A stretch of 56,356 bases of DNA from a virus (taxonomy: Duplodnaviria > Caudoviricetes): positions 1 through 56,356 of the IMG/VR virus record IMGVR_UViG_3300046534_001186. One strand, given 5' to 3'. The position numbers and the translations under genes were made by a program. Every line of letters starts with the position of its first letter. Positions within the stretch are counted from its first letter, which is position 1. This document shows, in pieces, positions 29,869 through 39,271 of the stretch. Under the pieces are notes generated by a model. It did no database searches, was not told the origin of the DNA, and saw only the letters and a program-made list of their open reading frames with translations.

Positions 29869-31028
29869 TGCCCTCCGCATTCTGCAGACCATCGGCATCG
29901 GCCCAGTGGCTCTACTGTCACGGTGCGCCGATGATGCAAGCTATGATCCCGACCGTCGATACGCCCGAAGCCATCGAGGGCAGGGCGGCTCACTGGGTGG
30001 CGGAGAATCTATTAGGCGACTGCGTCTTGGGGTTCTCGGCCATCATAGACGCACAGCAGTACGTGGGTCAGACCGACCCCGACGGCACTGTGATCACTAG
30101 TGACATGGCCGAGGGCGCGTTGATGTACGCGGAAGAAGTTTCCTGCGTACTGTCTCCCGCGCTAGGCTGGTCGTCGCTACAGGTCGAGGGTCACGTGTAC
30201 ACCCCGATCCACTCTGAGGTCAACGGCACGCCTGACGCTTTCTGGTATAACCCGAAAATCAAGACCCTCTACATCTGGGACTTTAAGTACGGGCACGGGG
30301 ATGTGGCGGCGTTCGAGAACACTCAACTGCTTTGTTACTTCTCGGGGATCATGCAGGTCTACGACCTCTCAGACCTAGAGGTCACGGTGGTATTCATGGT
30401 GGTTCAGCCTCGATGCTACACCCCCAATGGACCCGTTAAGGAGTGGACTGTCCCTGCGGTCGAGGTTAGAGGTCACATCAATCGGCTGACTTCCGCAGCC
30501 GCCGAGTCTGTGAAGCCCGGTGCGAAGACTAGCTCGGGCAACCACTGCCGGAACTGCGAAGCGAGGTACGTGTGTGAGTCCTCTCGCCAAGCTGCCGTTG
30601 ATGGGGTGTCATACCAAAACATGGCGGCACCTGTCCCCCTCACTGACGAGGCACTCTCAATCGAGCTGCTGATCATTCGGGACTGCATGAAAAACTTGAA
30701 GTACCGCGAGTCAGCCCTAGCCGCTGACGCGGACTACAGGATCATGGGTGGCGCCAAGCTACACGGACTTAAGCGAGAGTCAGTCACTGGCCACCGCAAG
30801 TTCAATGCGGACCCTGAGATCCTCAGGCTGCTCGCCCCTGCCGGTGTTGACCTGGTAGACACGCCGAAGGCGGTGACCCCGTCCGAAGCTGAGCGCCGGC
30901 TAAAGAAAGCAGGCCTAAGTGTATCCCAGACAGCGCAGCTGCTGTCCGGAACGATCGATCGACCCTCTTCCGGAACTAGGGTTGTGCAAGACAAGGGCGT
31001 GGACGCCCGAAGAATCTTTTCTAAATAA
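29868..31028 (+). CDS. Cas4-like PD-(D/E)XK exonuclease (DUF2800)
   Basis: PS....W..C.G; EG.AAH; GTPD..IWDFKYG; QL..Y; G.HC..C....C. Confidence 0.85.
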   Translation: MPSAFCRPSASAQWLYCHGAPMMQAMIPTVDTPEAIEGRAAHWVAENLLGDCVLGFSAIIDAQQYVGQTDPDGTVITSDMAEGALMYAEEVSCVLSPALGWSSLQVEGHVYTPIHSEVNGTPDAFWYNPKIKTLYIWDFKYGHGDVAAFENTQLLCYFSGIMQVYDLSDLEVTVVFMVVQPRCYTPNGPVKEWTVPAVEVRGHINRLTSAAAESVKPGAKTSSGNHCRNCEARYVCESSRQAAVDGVSYQNMAAPVPLTDEALSIELLIIRDCMKNLKYRESALAADADYRIMGGAKLHGLKRESVTGHRKFNADPEILRLLAPAGVDLVDTPKAVTPSEAERRLKKAGLSVSQTAQLLSGTIDRPSSGTRVVQDKGVDARRIFSK

Positions 31029-31045
31029 CTGGAGCAAAAAGCATC

Positions 31046-32011
31046 ATGGCTACAAATATATTAACACCAGTAGGCCGCTTGGTCGGGGGCTCGTTATCTA
31101 ACCCCCAGACTGAGGACTACTACGGGGCGCCCCTCACCTACAAGAAGGGCGCCAATGTGGGCCAGCCGAGAGTCGAGTACTTCATCGCGCTGGCAGTCTC
31201 TAAGAATGAGCCTGGCGCCAACGAGCTGTTCGCCGTTATGAATCAAGAGGCGCAGACCGGCTTTCACAACAACGAGAGCCAGCGTGCGGACTTCGCGTGG
31301 AAGTTCCTAGACGGCGATGTTGCTGTCGATAAGAACCAGAAGCCGTACAGCTTGCGTGAAGGTTACGCAGGTCACTACGTGTTCCGGTTCACAACGGGAT
31401 TCGCACCTAGCTGCTTCGCGAACAACGGCACCGGCCAGATCAATGAGATCCCTGCCGAGGAAGTCAAGACTGGGTACTTCGTCAGAGTGTCTGGCTCCAT
31501 AGCCGCCAACGGGGACTCGGGCAAGCCCGGTCTGTACATGAATCTCAACATGGTAGAGCGCGTGGGCTACGGTGAAGAGATCCGCACTGGCCCTAACCCC
31601 AACGACGTGTTCGGACAGCAAGCCCAGTTGCCACAAGGGGCCTCGAGTACACCGTCGGCACCTCAAGGCCAGTTCGAGCACATGGCTCAGAACCAGCAGC
31701 CGCAGGGCAACCAGTACCCGCAGGGCAACCAGCAGCCGCAGGGCAACCAGTACCCGCAGGGCAACCAGCAGCCGCAGGGCAACCAGCAGCCGCAGGGCAA
31801 CCAGCAGCCTCAAGGTAACCAGCAGCCGCAGGGCAACCAGCAGCCTCAAGGTAACCAGCAGCCGCAGGGCAACCAGCAGCCGCAGGCTATGCAGCAGCCG
31901 CAGGGCAACCAGCAGCCGCAGGCTATGCAGGGTATGCAGGGTATGCAGGGCAACCAGAACGGCGTGCCGACTCAGCCTAATCAAAACTTTAATCAGCCTC
32001 CTAGCTACTAA
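31046..32011 (+). CDS. ssDNA-binding protein (DUF2815-like) with Gln-rich tail
   Basis: TPVGRLV..DGD..Y.GH..G...Y.NL..V...GE.I; lies between the Cas4-like gene and polA. Confidence 0.8.
   Translation: MATNILTPVGRLVGGSLSNPQTEDYYGAPLTYKKGANVGQPRVEYFIALAVSKNEPGANELFAVMNQEAQTGFHNNESQRADFAWKFLDGDVAVDKNQKPYSLREGYAGHYVFRFTTGFAPSCFANNGTGQINEIPAEEVKTGYFVRVSGSIAANGDSGKPGLYMNLNMVERVGYGEEIRTGPNPNDVFGQQAQLPQGASSTPSAPQGQFEHMAQNQQPQGNQYPQGNQQPQGNQYPQGNQQPQGNQQPQGNQQPQGNQQPQGNQQPQGNQQPQGNQQPQAMQQPQGNQQPQAMQGMQGMQGNQNGVPTQPNQNFNQPPSY
31691..31958 (+). repeat. 18-bp coding tandem repeat (NQQPQG)n
   Basis: AACCAGCAGCCGCAGGGC and variants, about a dozen copies. Confidence 0.95.
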
Positions 32012-34269
32012 TGGAAGCGGGAACCAAAATACCGGTGGGGCTGTCGTTCGCGACGGTCCTCCCGGATCTCGATTTCGAGACCTATTCCGAGGCCGGTTGT
32101 GTGTGGCGTGAAGGCACCCGCAAGTGGATCTCAATATCAGGGGCGGGCAAAAAGAAGGGCATAAGTGAGGTCGGCGCACCCGCGTACGCTGAGCACGACA
32201 GCACGGAGATCCTGTCTCTCTCGTACAACTTGAAGAGAAGCGCCGGACCTAAACTGTGGACACCCGGCATGCCTCCCCCAGAAGACCTGTTCAACCACCT
32301 AGCAGACGGCGGGTTGCTTGAAGCTCACAACTCTGGGTTCGAGTACTACGTCTGGTTCTATGTCGCCTACCTTAAGATGGGATGGCCCATGATCCCTCTC
32401 AGGCAGTTGCGGTGCAGCATGGCCAAGGCTAGGTCGTTTAGCTACCCCGCCAAGCTAGCCATAATTTCAGAAGTCATAGGTGACCAGGTCAAAGATGTGG
32501 CCAAGGGCAAGAGCGTGATCACCCGCTACTGTATCCCCCGAAACCCCACCAAAGCTGACGACCGCTTGCGGATAAGACCCTCCGAAGAGAGCCGAGGCGT
32601 CGAGCTGTTTGAGTACAACCTGCAGGACATCGAGGCAGAGAGCAGCGTTTCGGCAGCATGCCCCGACCTGTCCGAAGAGGAGCTGGCGAACTGGCTGCTC
32701 GATCAAGAGATAAACACTCGCGGCGTGCAGATCGACACGACCTCAGTCGCCGCGCTCAGTGCGATCGTTGACGAGGGCCGCGAGCACTACGACCAAGAGA
32801 TGTGCTTGGCCACAGGAGGCAAGGTGGCCACTACATCGAAGGCCAAAGACCTGCTCGAGTGGCTCCAAGCCAAGGGAATCCCGATTCTCAATTTGGAAGA
32901 GGACTCTCTGGCTAAAATTTTGGAAGGAAACTGGGCGGATCCCGTCGATCAGGTGGTCAAGCTACGGATGTCCGCGTCGAGCGCGGGGGTGAAGAAGCTC
33001 CAAGCTATGATCAAGCGAGTAAACTCCGATGGCCGCATGCGGGATCAGTTCGTGTTCTACCGCGCGATCACAGGTCGGTTCAGCTCTGAGGGGTTGCAGC
33101 TGCAGAATCTCAAGTCGAGTGGGCCGTCGATGGGGGTCAGTCGTTGCTGTGGGTTCTACTTCCCTCTCGCCCAGCACATGTTCTGCCCAGTGTGCGCAGT
33201 CATGGACCCTCTCGGTGACGCCGTTGAGTGGAGCGGCGAGGTCATGGACAAGTGCATCGAGCTGCTCGTTACCTGCGACTTTGAGCTAGGCCGCCACTAC
33301 CTTGGCGCAGAACTATTTGAAACCATAGCGGCATCGATGCGAGGAATGATAGTCGCAGGGCCGGAGAAAGAACTGATCTGCTCTGACTACTCAGCGATCG
33401 AAGCGGTCACACTGTCTATGCTTTCGGGGGAGCAGTGGCGGATCGACGTGTTCCGCACGCACGGCAAGATATACGAGATGTGCGCGAGCAAGCTAACCGG
33501 CATCGACTTCGACGAGATCGTTAACTACAAGGGGTCTCACCCAGTGCGCAAGCCGTTCGGCAAAGTGCCCGAGCTGGCCTCAGGGTATCAGGGGTGGATA
33601 GGCGCGTGGCTAGCTTTTGGCGCCGATAAGTATATGAGCGAGGACAAAATTAAAGAGAGCATCCTGCAATGGCGCGCTGACTCTCCGATGATAGTAGAGC
33701 TTTGGGGCGGCCAGTACCGTGAGCGCACGCCAGGCTCGTGGACATTCGATTGGGAGTTGCATGGCCTTGAGGGCACCGCTATCAAAGCCGTGCTAGATCC
33801 GGGCAACTGGCACACTTATCGATTGCTTAGCTATGGGGTGCTGAACGACGTGCTCTACTGCCGGCTACCGAGCGGGCGGTGCTTGGCCTATCACAAGCCG
33901 AGGCTAAGGCAGGGCGCTGACCGGCGCTCAGGCAACCCTCAGTACGTGCTCAGCCACATGGTCAACAACTCGAACCCTAAGAAGGGCAGGACTGGGTGGA
34001 TCGAGGTGGACACCTACGGGGGCATGCTGACCGAGAACGCGAACCAAGCTGTGGCTAGGGACCTGCAGTGTAATGGGATGCGCAAGGTCACCGCCGCTGG
34101 CTACCCGATCGTGGCGCACGTGCACGATGAGATCATAGCGGAAGTACCGAGAGGCACCGGCTCTGTGCCTCACTTTGAACAGAAGATGATGGAGATGCCC
34201 CCGTGGGCACACGACTGGCCTATTCGGGCAGCAGGTGGGTGGCGCGGTCAACGATATAGGAAGGAGTAA
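32011..34269 (+). CDS. polA: DNA polymerase, family A, with 3'-5' exonuclease
   Basis: DFET, AHNSGFE, YN.QD; TGRFSS..QLQN; DYSAIE; KVPELASGY; HVHDE. Confidence 0.93.
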   Translation: MEAGTKIPVGLSFATVLPDLDFETYSEAGCVWREGTRKWISISGAGKKKGISEVGAPAYAEHDSTEILSLSYNLKRSAGPKLWTPGMPPPEDLFNHLADGGLLEAHNSGFEYYVWFYVAYLKMGWPMIPLRQLRCSMAKARSFSYPAKLAIISEVIGDQVKDVAKGKSVITRYCIPRNPTKADDRLRIRPSEESRGVELFEYNLQDIEAESSVSAACPDLSEEELANWLLDQEINTRGVQIDTTSVAALSAIVDEGREHYDQEMCLATGGKVATTSKAKDLLEWLQAKGIPILNLEEDSLAKILEGNWADPVDQVVKLRMSASSAGVKKLQAMIKRVNSDGRMRDQFVFYRAITGRFSSEGLQLQNLKSSGPSMGVSRCCGFYFPLAQHMFCPVCAVMDPLGDAVEWSGEVMDKCIELLVTCDFELGRHYLGAELFETIAASMRGMIVAGPEKELICSDYSAIEAVTLSMLSGEQWRIDVFRTHGKIYEMCASKLTGIDFDEIVNYKGSHPVRKPFGKVPELASGYQGWIGAWLAFGADKYMSEDKIKESILQWRADSPMIVELWGGQYRERTPGSWTFDWELHGLEGTAIKAVLDPGNWHTYRLLSYGVLNDVLYCRLPSGRCLAYHKPRLRQGADRRSGNPQYVLSHMVNNSNPKKGRTGWIEVDTYGGMLTENANQAVARDLQCNGMRKVTAAGYPIVAHVHDEIIAEVPRGTGSVPHFEQKMMEMPPWAHDWPIRAAGGWRGQRYRKE

Positions 34270-34272
34270 ATT

Positions 34273-34875
34273 GTGGGAAAACTGACATTTGACCAGCTGC
34301 GCGCGGCCAACCGCGAGCGTATACCCCAATTTAAGAACTGTCACGGGGCGCAAGCTCACTCCTCAGAAGACGGCTCCGATTGGTCAGCCGCGCAGTGGTT
34401 GCAGGCGCTCGTCGGAGAGGTGGGGGAGCTGTGCGAGGCGCGGGTGTCGTTTGAGGAAAAGTGGACGGATACCGCGACCCAATATGAGGCGCGGGTGAAA
34501 GACATGGGAGACGAAGCTGCCGACGTGCAGTCCTACCTAGACATAGCTGCCACGCGGATGCTGGACGTCACCTGGTATCAAGAGGGGCACCCCCAGCCCG
34601 CGCTCTTGCTGGTTAAGATTATGGCGGACCTAGGGGCGTACGCCAACGCCCGTAAAAAGTGTGATCGAGGGGACTACACTCAGGAGGAGTTTCTCAGTGT
34701 TGCAAGAGCCAAGCTGCAGTTCGTGAGTGACAGCGTTTCAGAGCTGTATACGGCGTGCGAGTTCGAGGACAAGGTGCAAGTCTTGCCCCACCCGCACGGG
34801 ATCGATCTCGGAGAGGCTACCGTCTCTAAGTTTAACGAGGTGTCGCGTCGGATCGACTGCGATATAAAGCTATAA
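34273..34875 (+). CDS. MazG-like NTP pyrophosphohydrolase
   Basis: GEVGE..DEAADV..YLD; GIDLGEA...KFNEVS. Confidence 0.8.
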   Translation: MGKLTFDQLRAANRERIPQFKNCHGAQAHSSEDGSDWSAAQWLQALVGEVGELCEARVSFEEKWTDTATQYEARVKDMGDEAADVQSYLDIAATRMLDVTWYQEGHPQPALLLVKIMADLGAYANARKKCDRGDYTQEEFLSVARAKLQFVSDSVSELYTACEFEDKVQVLPHPHGIDLGEATVSKFNEVSRRIDCDIKL

Positions 34876-34929
34876 CCAACCACGCGCCACATCGGGTGGC
34901 GCGGTCAACGATATAGGAAGGAGTAATTT

Positions 34930-35541
34930 ATGCTACCAAGAGTAATAGTAATATCCGGGTCCCAAGGGTCCGGTAAGTCCGTTACCGCCCTCGCGCTGGC
35001 CTCGGAGGCGGGGTCATACAACTGCGTTACGATGGCGGATTTGCGGGCGGGGCCGTTCGCTGTAGCCGGCGCGCTAGTGGGGTCTCCCGAGACGCTAATC
35101 GTGGATGAATGTGGCCTCCATTACAATGACAAGGCGTTTATGAAGCAACTACGCGCGCAAGAGGTGATGTGTGTGCAGTCGCGGGGCGAGAACCCTGTTA
35201 CCGTGCCGCGACCCCGCCTTATATTCATCGTGGCCGCCTCTGCTACCCCTGCAATGTCGGATCTGCTCACCGCCGATACTCTCGTGGTGCACATGACGGA
35301 GTCGGTGCCGACGCTCGACAAAGAGCCGATGCAAGTCGGGGACGAGGTCATCGTCCACGACAGATACCGATTCGCTAAACCTTTGCTCGGGGTCATTACA
35401 GGGACGGACGGGATCTCGCACGAAGGGGTGCGCGTAGAGCTAAAGCAAAGCAACAACCCGAATTGGCCCGTAGGTGCGGAAGTGTTAGTGAGCACTCACC
35501 AGCTGACCCCCGCCCCCGCAAAGACGGAGTGTGCCGAGTGA
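34930..35541 (+). CDS. Small P-loop NTPase-like protein with C-terminal beta domain
   Basis: GSQGSGKS; LIVDE. Confidence 0.6.
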   Translation: MLPRVIVISGSQGSGKSVTALALASEAGSYNCVTMADLRAGPFAVAGALVGSPETLIVDECGLHYNDKAFMKQLRAQEVMCVQSRGENPVTVPRPRLIFIVAASATPAMSDLLTADTLVVHMTESVPTLDKEPMQVGDEVIVHDRYRFAKPLLGVITGTDGISHEGVRVELKQSNNPNWPVGAEVLVSTHQLTPAPAKTECAE

Positions 35542-36158
35542 TGGCCTCCAAAGGTTTTGCCAAAACTGTGGTGGAGTACTTGGCGCAAGAGACAGTTAAG
35601 GTGCCTGCGTCGATTGGCCTCCACGGGGACACCCCGCGCGAGGACTACGTTAGCAAAGTTGACGGGTCGTACGTCGGGCTCGTTGGTTTTAGCGAAAAGG
35701 AGAAGGACAGCATTATCCAGTTCTGGATAGACCACGAGGTTACTCTGCTCCAAGGCGCAGGGTGCAAAGTGGCAAGAATAGGCTTTAGCGAGCGGGAACA
35801 GAAGTGGTACGGGTGGTCCCACCGCGCGATCTTCGGGTTTGGCGTGGGCAGCGAAGTCACCAAGGAATCCTCAGGTCACATGCCTCGCAACAAAGAGGAG
35901 TTCATGGAAGCGCAGCTCAGGTTCTGGGAGGACGATCTTCACGTGGGCACGAGAGCCGTGGAGGGCGTGGAGGGTTCGGAGAAGGGGGTTCGCGTGGCGT
36001 GGGAGTACTCGGAGGAGACCCCCAACCTTAAACTCCGTGGCACAACGGGTGGCCACTTCTCGCCCTACCCTGAGGAGTGGGGCAGGGGCGAGTGGACCGC
36101 CACCACACTTATGGAGGCCCGTGAGATGGCCATCGACTTTGCCGAGAGTGTGGGTTAG
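35541..36158 (+). CDS. Conserved hypothetical phage protein
   Basis: IGFSE.EQKWYGWSHRAI.GFG.G..A..MA..FAESV. Confidence 0.7.
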   Translation: MASKGFAKTVVEYLAQETVKVPASIGLHGDTPREDYVSKVDGSYVGLVGFSEKEKDSIIQFWIDHEVTLLQGAGCKVARIGFSEREQKWYGWSHRAIFGFGVGSEVTKESSGHMPRNKEEFMEAQLRFWEDDLHVGTRAVEGVEGSEKGVRVAWEYSEETPNLKLRGTTGGHFSPYPEEWGRGEWTATTLMEAREMAIDFAESVG

Positions 36159-36217
36159 TAACCAACCACGCGCCACATCGGGTGGCGCGGTCAACGATAT
36201 AGGAAGGAGTGTGCCGA

Positions 36218-36493
36218 GTGATAACCCCCAAAGATTTTGCTAAGGTATTCCATCTGCCGGAACTGGGACAGGTGGTTGTGTTTAAGCCGGAGGATGGCGA
36301 GGGCGACCACGAGGGTAGTGTGGTTCTCGCCATTTACGCGAGCCCCCCGCACCTGGGCCTCTGCTCCGTGAAGCTGTGCTACGAGGAATGGGATCTAGCC
36401 GAAGAGAAATTCGCCGCCATGGACGAGGACCTTGTAAAGGTGGCGTGTGAAGGCGTCCTCTCGTTTAGCAAGCGTATCGACGCGGACCTGTGA
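36218..36493 (+). CDS. Hypothetical protein
   Basis: Follows a repeat-borne AGGAG RBS. Confidence 0.6.
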   Translation: MITPKDFAKVFHLPELGQVVVFKPEDGEGDHEGSVVLAIYASPPHLGLCSVKLCYEEWDLAEEKFAAMDEDLVKVACEGVLSFSKRIDADL

Positions 36494-36514
36494 GTGTTGG
36501 TTAGTAACTAGCGC

Positions 36515-36543
36515 TTGACGCAGCTGTCATAGTCCCCTACACT
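36515..36543 (+). promoter_or_regulatory. Sigma70-like promoter with TGAC-N6-GTCA palindrome
   Basis: TTGACG-N17-TACACT; TGACgcagctGTCA. Confidence 0.7.
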
Positions 36544-36580
36544 TCGTGTGTAGTTAAATTCAATCCAACTTGAGAAACCT

Positions 36581-37198
36581 ATGAAGATATTAGACCTATT
36601 TAGACGAGCCCCCGTTGCTGTCAGCTCCCCAGACGTGCTGGCAGATTACGACGACGTGCTAGAGAGCTACCGGCGCACGCAAGATAAAAACGAGGCTCGG
36701 ATCATCGCTATGCGCGAGAAGATTGTTGATCTAGAGGGTGTCGAGGAGCGCGTGTCGGCATCGATTGTGGAGATGAAGCGCGAGTGCGACCAGCGGCTCT
36801 ACGATTCCCAGTTACAGAGCACTAGATCCGAGAAGCTCGCAAAGCTCAACGCGGAGGATGCAGTCACCGAAGCCAAGCGAGCTGTGACCGAGGAGCTGCG
36901 CGAGGCTAAAGAGAGCCTAGCCGAAGTCAAGTCCTCTCACACGATCGCTCAGCGGGAGATAGAGCAGATGGTCACAATGGATGCCGAGCGCAGCAAGCTA
37001 GAGCTGGACAAAAAGATTGTCGAGCTAGAGAAGGTGCAGCACGCGGCCATTCAAAGTGTCCGCGACGAGTACCACGAGAAGCTCGAAGCCATTCAGACCA
37101 AGCAGATAGACGATGGCGACAAAAGGTTCGAGGCTATTCTCGCGCGCTTGCCTAACACTAAAGTCAAGCTGGAAGGCAGGCTCACTAATGGCGAATAG
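36581..37198 (+). CDS. Coiled-coil hypothetical protein
   Basis: Glu/Lys heptad composition. Confidence 0.7.
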   Translation: MKILDLFRRAPVAVSSPDVLADYDDVLESYRRTQDKNEARIIAMREKIVDLEGVEERVSASIVEMKRECDQRLYDSQLQSTRSEKLAKLNAEDAVTEAKRAVTEELREAKESLAEVKSSHTIAQREIEQMVTMDAERSKLELDKKIVELEKVQHAAIQSVRDEYHEKLEAIQTKQIDDGDKRFEAILARLPNTKVKLEGRLTNGE

Positions 37199-38054
37199 TA
37201 GGAGAGCGGCGGAGGTGGTCGGTGAGCTGATGCTCAAGATGGAGCGAGAGGGGTTCGAGTTTTCAAGGAACGACGACAGAGACCGAGTGGTGGTCTCTTA
37301 TCGTCACGGAAGTGTACCTCTGCGAAGGGAGACGAGCGGTCGCGATCTGGAAAGTACCAAGGGGCTCCGCGACCTCCAACAGATTCGGAGAGAGATGTTT
37401 GTCTACATTAACGCAGCAATCATGAACGCCAACACCGCACCCCCCACCACCGCACCCCCCACCCCCGCTGCCTCGCGTAAGCGAAAGGCCGAGCTTGAGA
37501 TGATGATGCGGGCGGACTCTTGGCACGACAAGCCCGAGCTGCACAAGGAGTACATGGCCGTGGTCACAAAGCTCGAAACGCTAGACCGGAACAATCAGGC
37601 CGAGGGGCGCGCAGCGCGTGAGGTTGTGGGCGGCTGGACTAAGTGCAGCTACGACCATAAGAAAATTTTGATATCACCAAGGCGCCACGGGAAGACCACT
37701 GCGCTGGAGCAGATCCAAAAAGATCTCATGGCACAGCTTGCAGCCGAGGGGAAGACCGCTGCGCTGGGGCTCACATCCGAGCAGGTGTCGGGGTTCGAGT
37801 GCTTGACGGGCCATCGCTCACGTAGGCCCGAGTCGCACCTAGGGCCTGGAAGAGTGCCCCCAGCTCCTGGGGATTGGATTGGTCCGCTTCTTCGCTCTTA
37901 CCAAGAGGAGGCGCCCGCCGAGAAGCGCAAGTTCCTAGAAGGCCGGTGGCGGGAGCCGTCTGTGCTCCTAGATCTAGAGCAACGCACCGAGGAGTGGCTG
38001 CGACCGGCGCGTGAGAAAATTAAAGCAATTATCCCAAATTGGAGGACCGCATGA
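37188..38054 (+). CDS. Mosaic hypothetical protein
   Basis: Start MANSRR; contains an isolated PRRHGKTT motif. Confidence 0.6.
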   Translation: MANSRRAAEVVGELMLKMEREGFEFSRNDDRDRVVVSYRHGSVPLRRETSGRDLESTKGLRDLQQIRREMFVYINAAIMNANTAPPTTAPPTPAASRKRKAELEMMMRADSWHDKPELHKEYMAVVTKLETLDRNNQAEGRAAREVVGGWTKCSYDHKKILISPRRHGKTTALEQIQKDLMAQLAAEGKTAALGLTSEQVSGFECLTGHRSRRPESHLGPGRVPPAPGDWIGPLLRSYQEEAPAEKRKFLEGRWREPSVLLDLEQRTEEWLRPAREKIKAIIPNWRTA

Positions 38055-38368
38055 AGGCTGCACAATTCACAAAGTTTTCACCGTTTACTGTTGCTGTGAA
38101 AGGTAAGATCCGAGAGCTGCGACTGCAAGCCGGTTACAGCATGAACAAGGGTGCGCGCATGATCTTAGTCACGCGTAAGATGTTAGAGGACATCGAAACC
38201 GTCCGCAATTATGGATGTCACATCGATCTTGAGATACTAGGGAAGATCTGTGTGGCCTACAACACGAGCCCCAGCTTCCTGTTCGAAGGTATGCCCGAGA
38301 CCTCGGCGTCCGTAGTCTTTGAGCGCCCGCGCAGGCGAGTCGGGTCCAAGCCCGCAAATTCTAAGTAA
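38051..38368 (+). CDS. XRE-family HTH regulator
   Basis: KIRELRLQAGYS....A........L.DIE..L..L.KIC..Y..SPS.LF. Confidence 0.75.
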   Translation: MKAAQFTKFSPFTVAVKGKIRELRLQAGYSMNKGARMILVTRKMLEDIETVRNYGCHIDLEILGKICVAYNTSPSFLFEGMPETSASVVFERPRRRVGSKPANSK

Positions 38369-38398
38369 CCGTGGGCGCTAGCCCACCACGAGGCAACA

Positions 38399-38731
38399 AT
38401 GACCGACGAAGAAGAGAAGGCACCCCCGACCGCGATTGAGCGGGTCGAGGAGTGGCTGTACAGCGAAGAAGTAGATCCTCCCATAGGGAGCATAGAGTCA
38501 GTGATAGCGAAGGCCCGTAAGGCTGACGCGCACGCGGCCCTAGTTTACCAAGTGATGGGCTGGATGTGCGCTGAGATTGCCACGAGGCACAACATACCGA
38601 TGGATATGGATCGGCTGCTACGAGAAGCGCAGAAGCAGTTCGACATGCCCGTGGTGTTTGTGGCATCTAAGGAAGCGACCGAGCTGGAGGAGCGATCGAA
38701 CATTATTCTTCCGCCTGGACTAGTACACTAA
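38399..38731 (+). CDS. Hypothetical protein
   Basis: GAGG RBS; ends just before a terminator. Confidence 0.65.
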   Translation: MTDEEEKAPPTAIERVEEWLYSEEVDPPIGSIESVIAKARKADAHAALVYQVMGWMCAEIATRHNIPMDMDRLLREAQKQFDMPVVFVASKEATELEERSNIILPPGLVH

Positions 38732-38758
38732 AAAAGGGGCCGCAAGGCCCCCCATTTC
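38730..38758. terminator. Intrinsic terminator hairpin
   Basis: A-tract-GGGGCC-GCAA-GGCCCC; the better U-tract is on the minus strand. Confidence 0.65.
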
Positions 38759-38956
38759 CATCTTAAGCGCCACCGGCAGACGGACCGGAGAAGAAGGCGA
38801 ACCTAGGCCTCGGCTTGCACATCTAGGGTGACCCCACGTCGCCCCCGCATGTGCCAGACCATTACTTATATACGCGTCCTCCCTACCTGATTGCAAGTCC
38901 CCCGTTTCCAGTGCCATAATGCGGCCACTACCTACCCATTCACGGAGCAGTACCGC

Positions 38957-39271
38957 ATGGCCGCACCCGAGTTGAACAGCCTTTGGTTAAAATCAGACGA
39001 GCACGGCAAAGAGATAAGTAAGTTGCACACTCTGTCCTCCGTGAACAAAGCACTACTGGAGCAGCTGGCGCAAGAGTTTCGCACCGCAACAGCAGACCAG
39101 AATCGGGCTACGGCCACTTTACAGAAGTCATTGGATAGTTACGGGGGGAGGGTTGACGCAGTCTTAGAAAGTCACTACGAGCAGAAAGGGGCAGCCCGCA
39201 TGATCAAAATAGGCCTCGGCATATTCATCAGTGCGGGCTGCCTGTGGGTCGCTGTCTCTAATATGAGTTAA
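38957..39271 (+). CDS. Coiled-coil protein with C-terminal TM segment
   Basis: GGAG RBS; upstream TTGCAA-N18-CATAAT at 38891-38920. Confidence 0.6.
   Translation: MAAPELNSLWLKSDEHGKEISKLHTLSSVNKALLEQLAQEFRTATADQNRATATLQKSLDSYGGRVDAVLESHYEQKGAARMIKIGLGIFISAGCLWVAVSNMS

Larger units (their letters stand above)
34237..36210 (+). repeat. Three dispersed copies of the polA 3' end/RBS (34237-34269, 34873-34926, 36159-36210)
   Basis: GGGTGGCGCGGTCAACGATATAGGAAGGAGT is identical in all three. Confidence 0.92.

Noticed and set aside
31307-32179. 290-aa antisense ORF with (LLVALR)n
   Set aside because: Shadow of the SSB 18-bp repeat
37660-37705. Second terminase (PRRHGKTT)
   Set aside because: Isolated motif without Walker B or a nuclease domain; the real terL is at 47355
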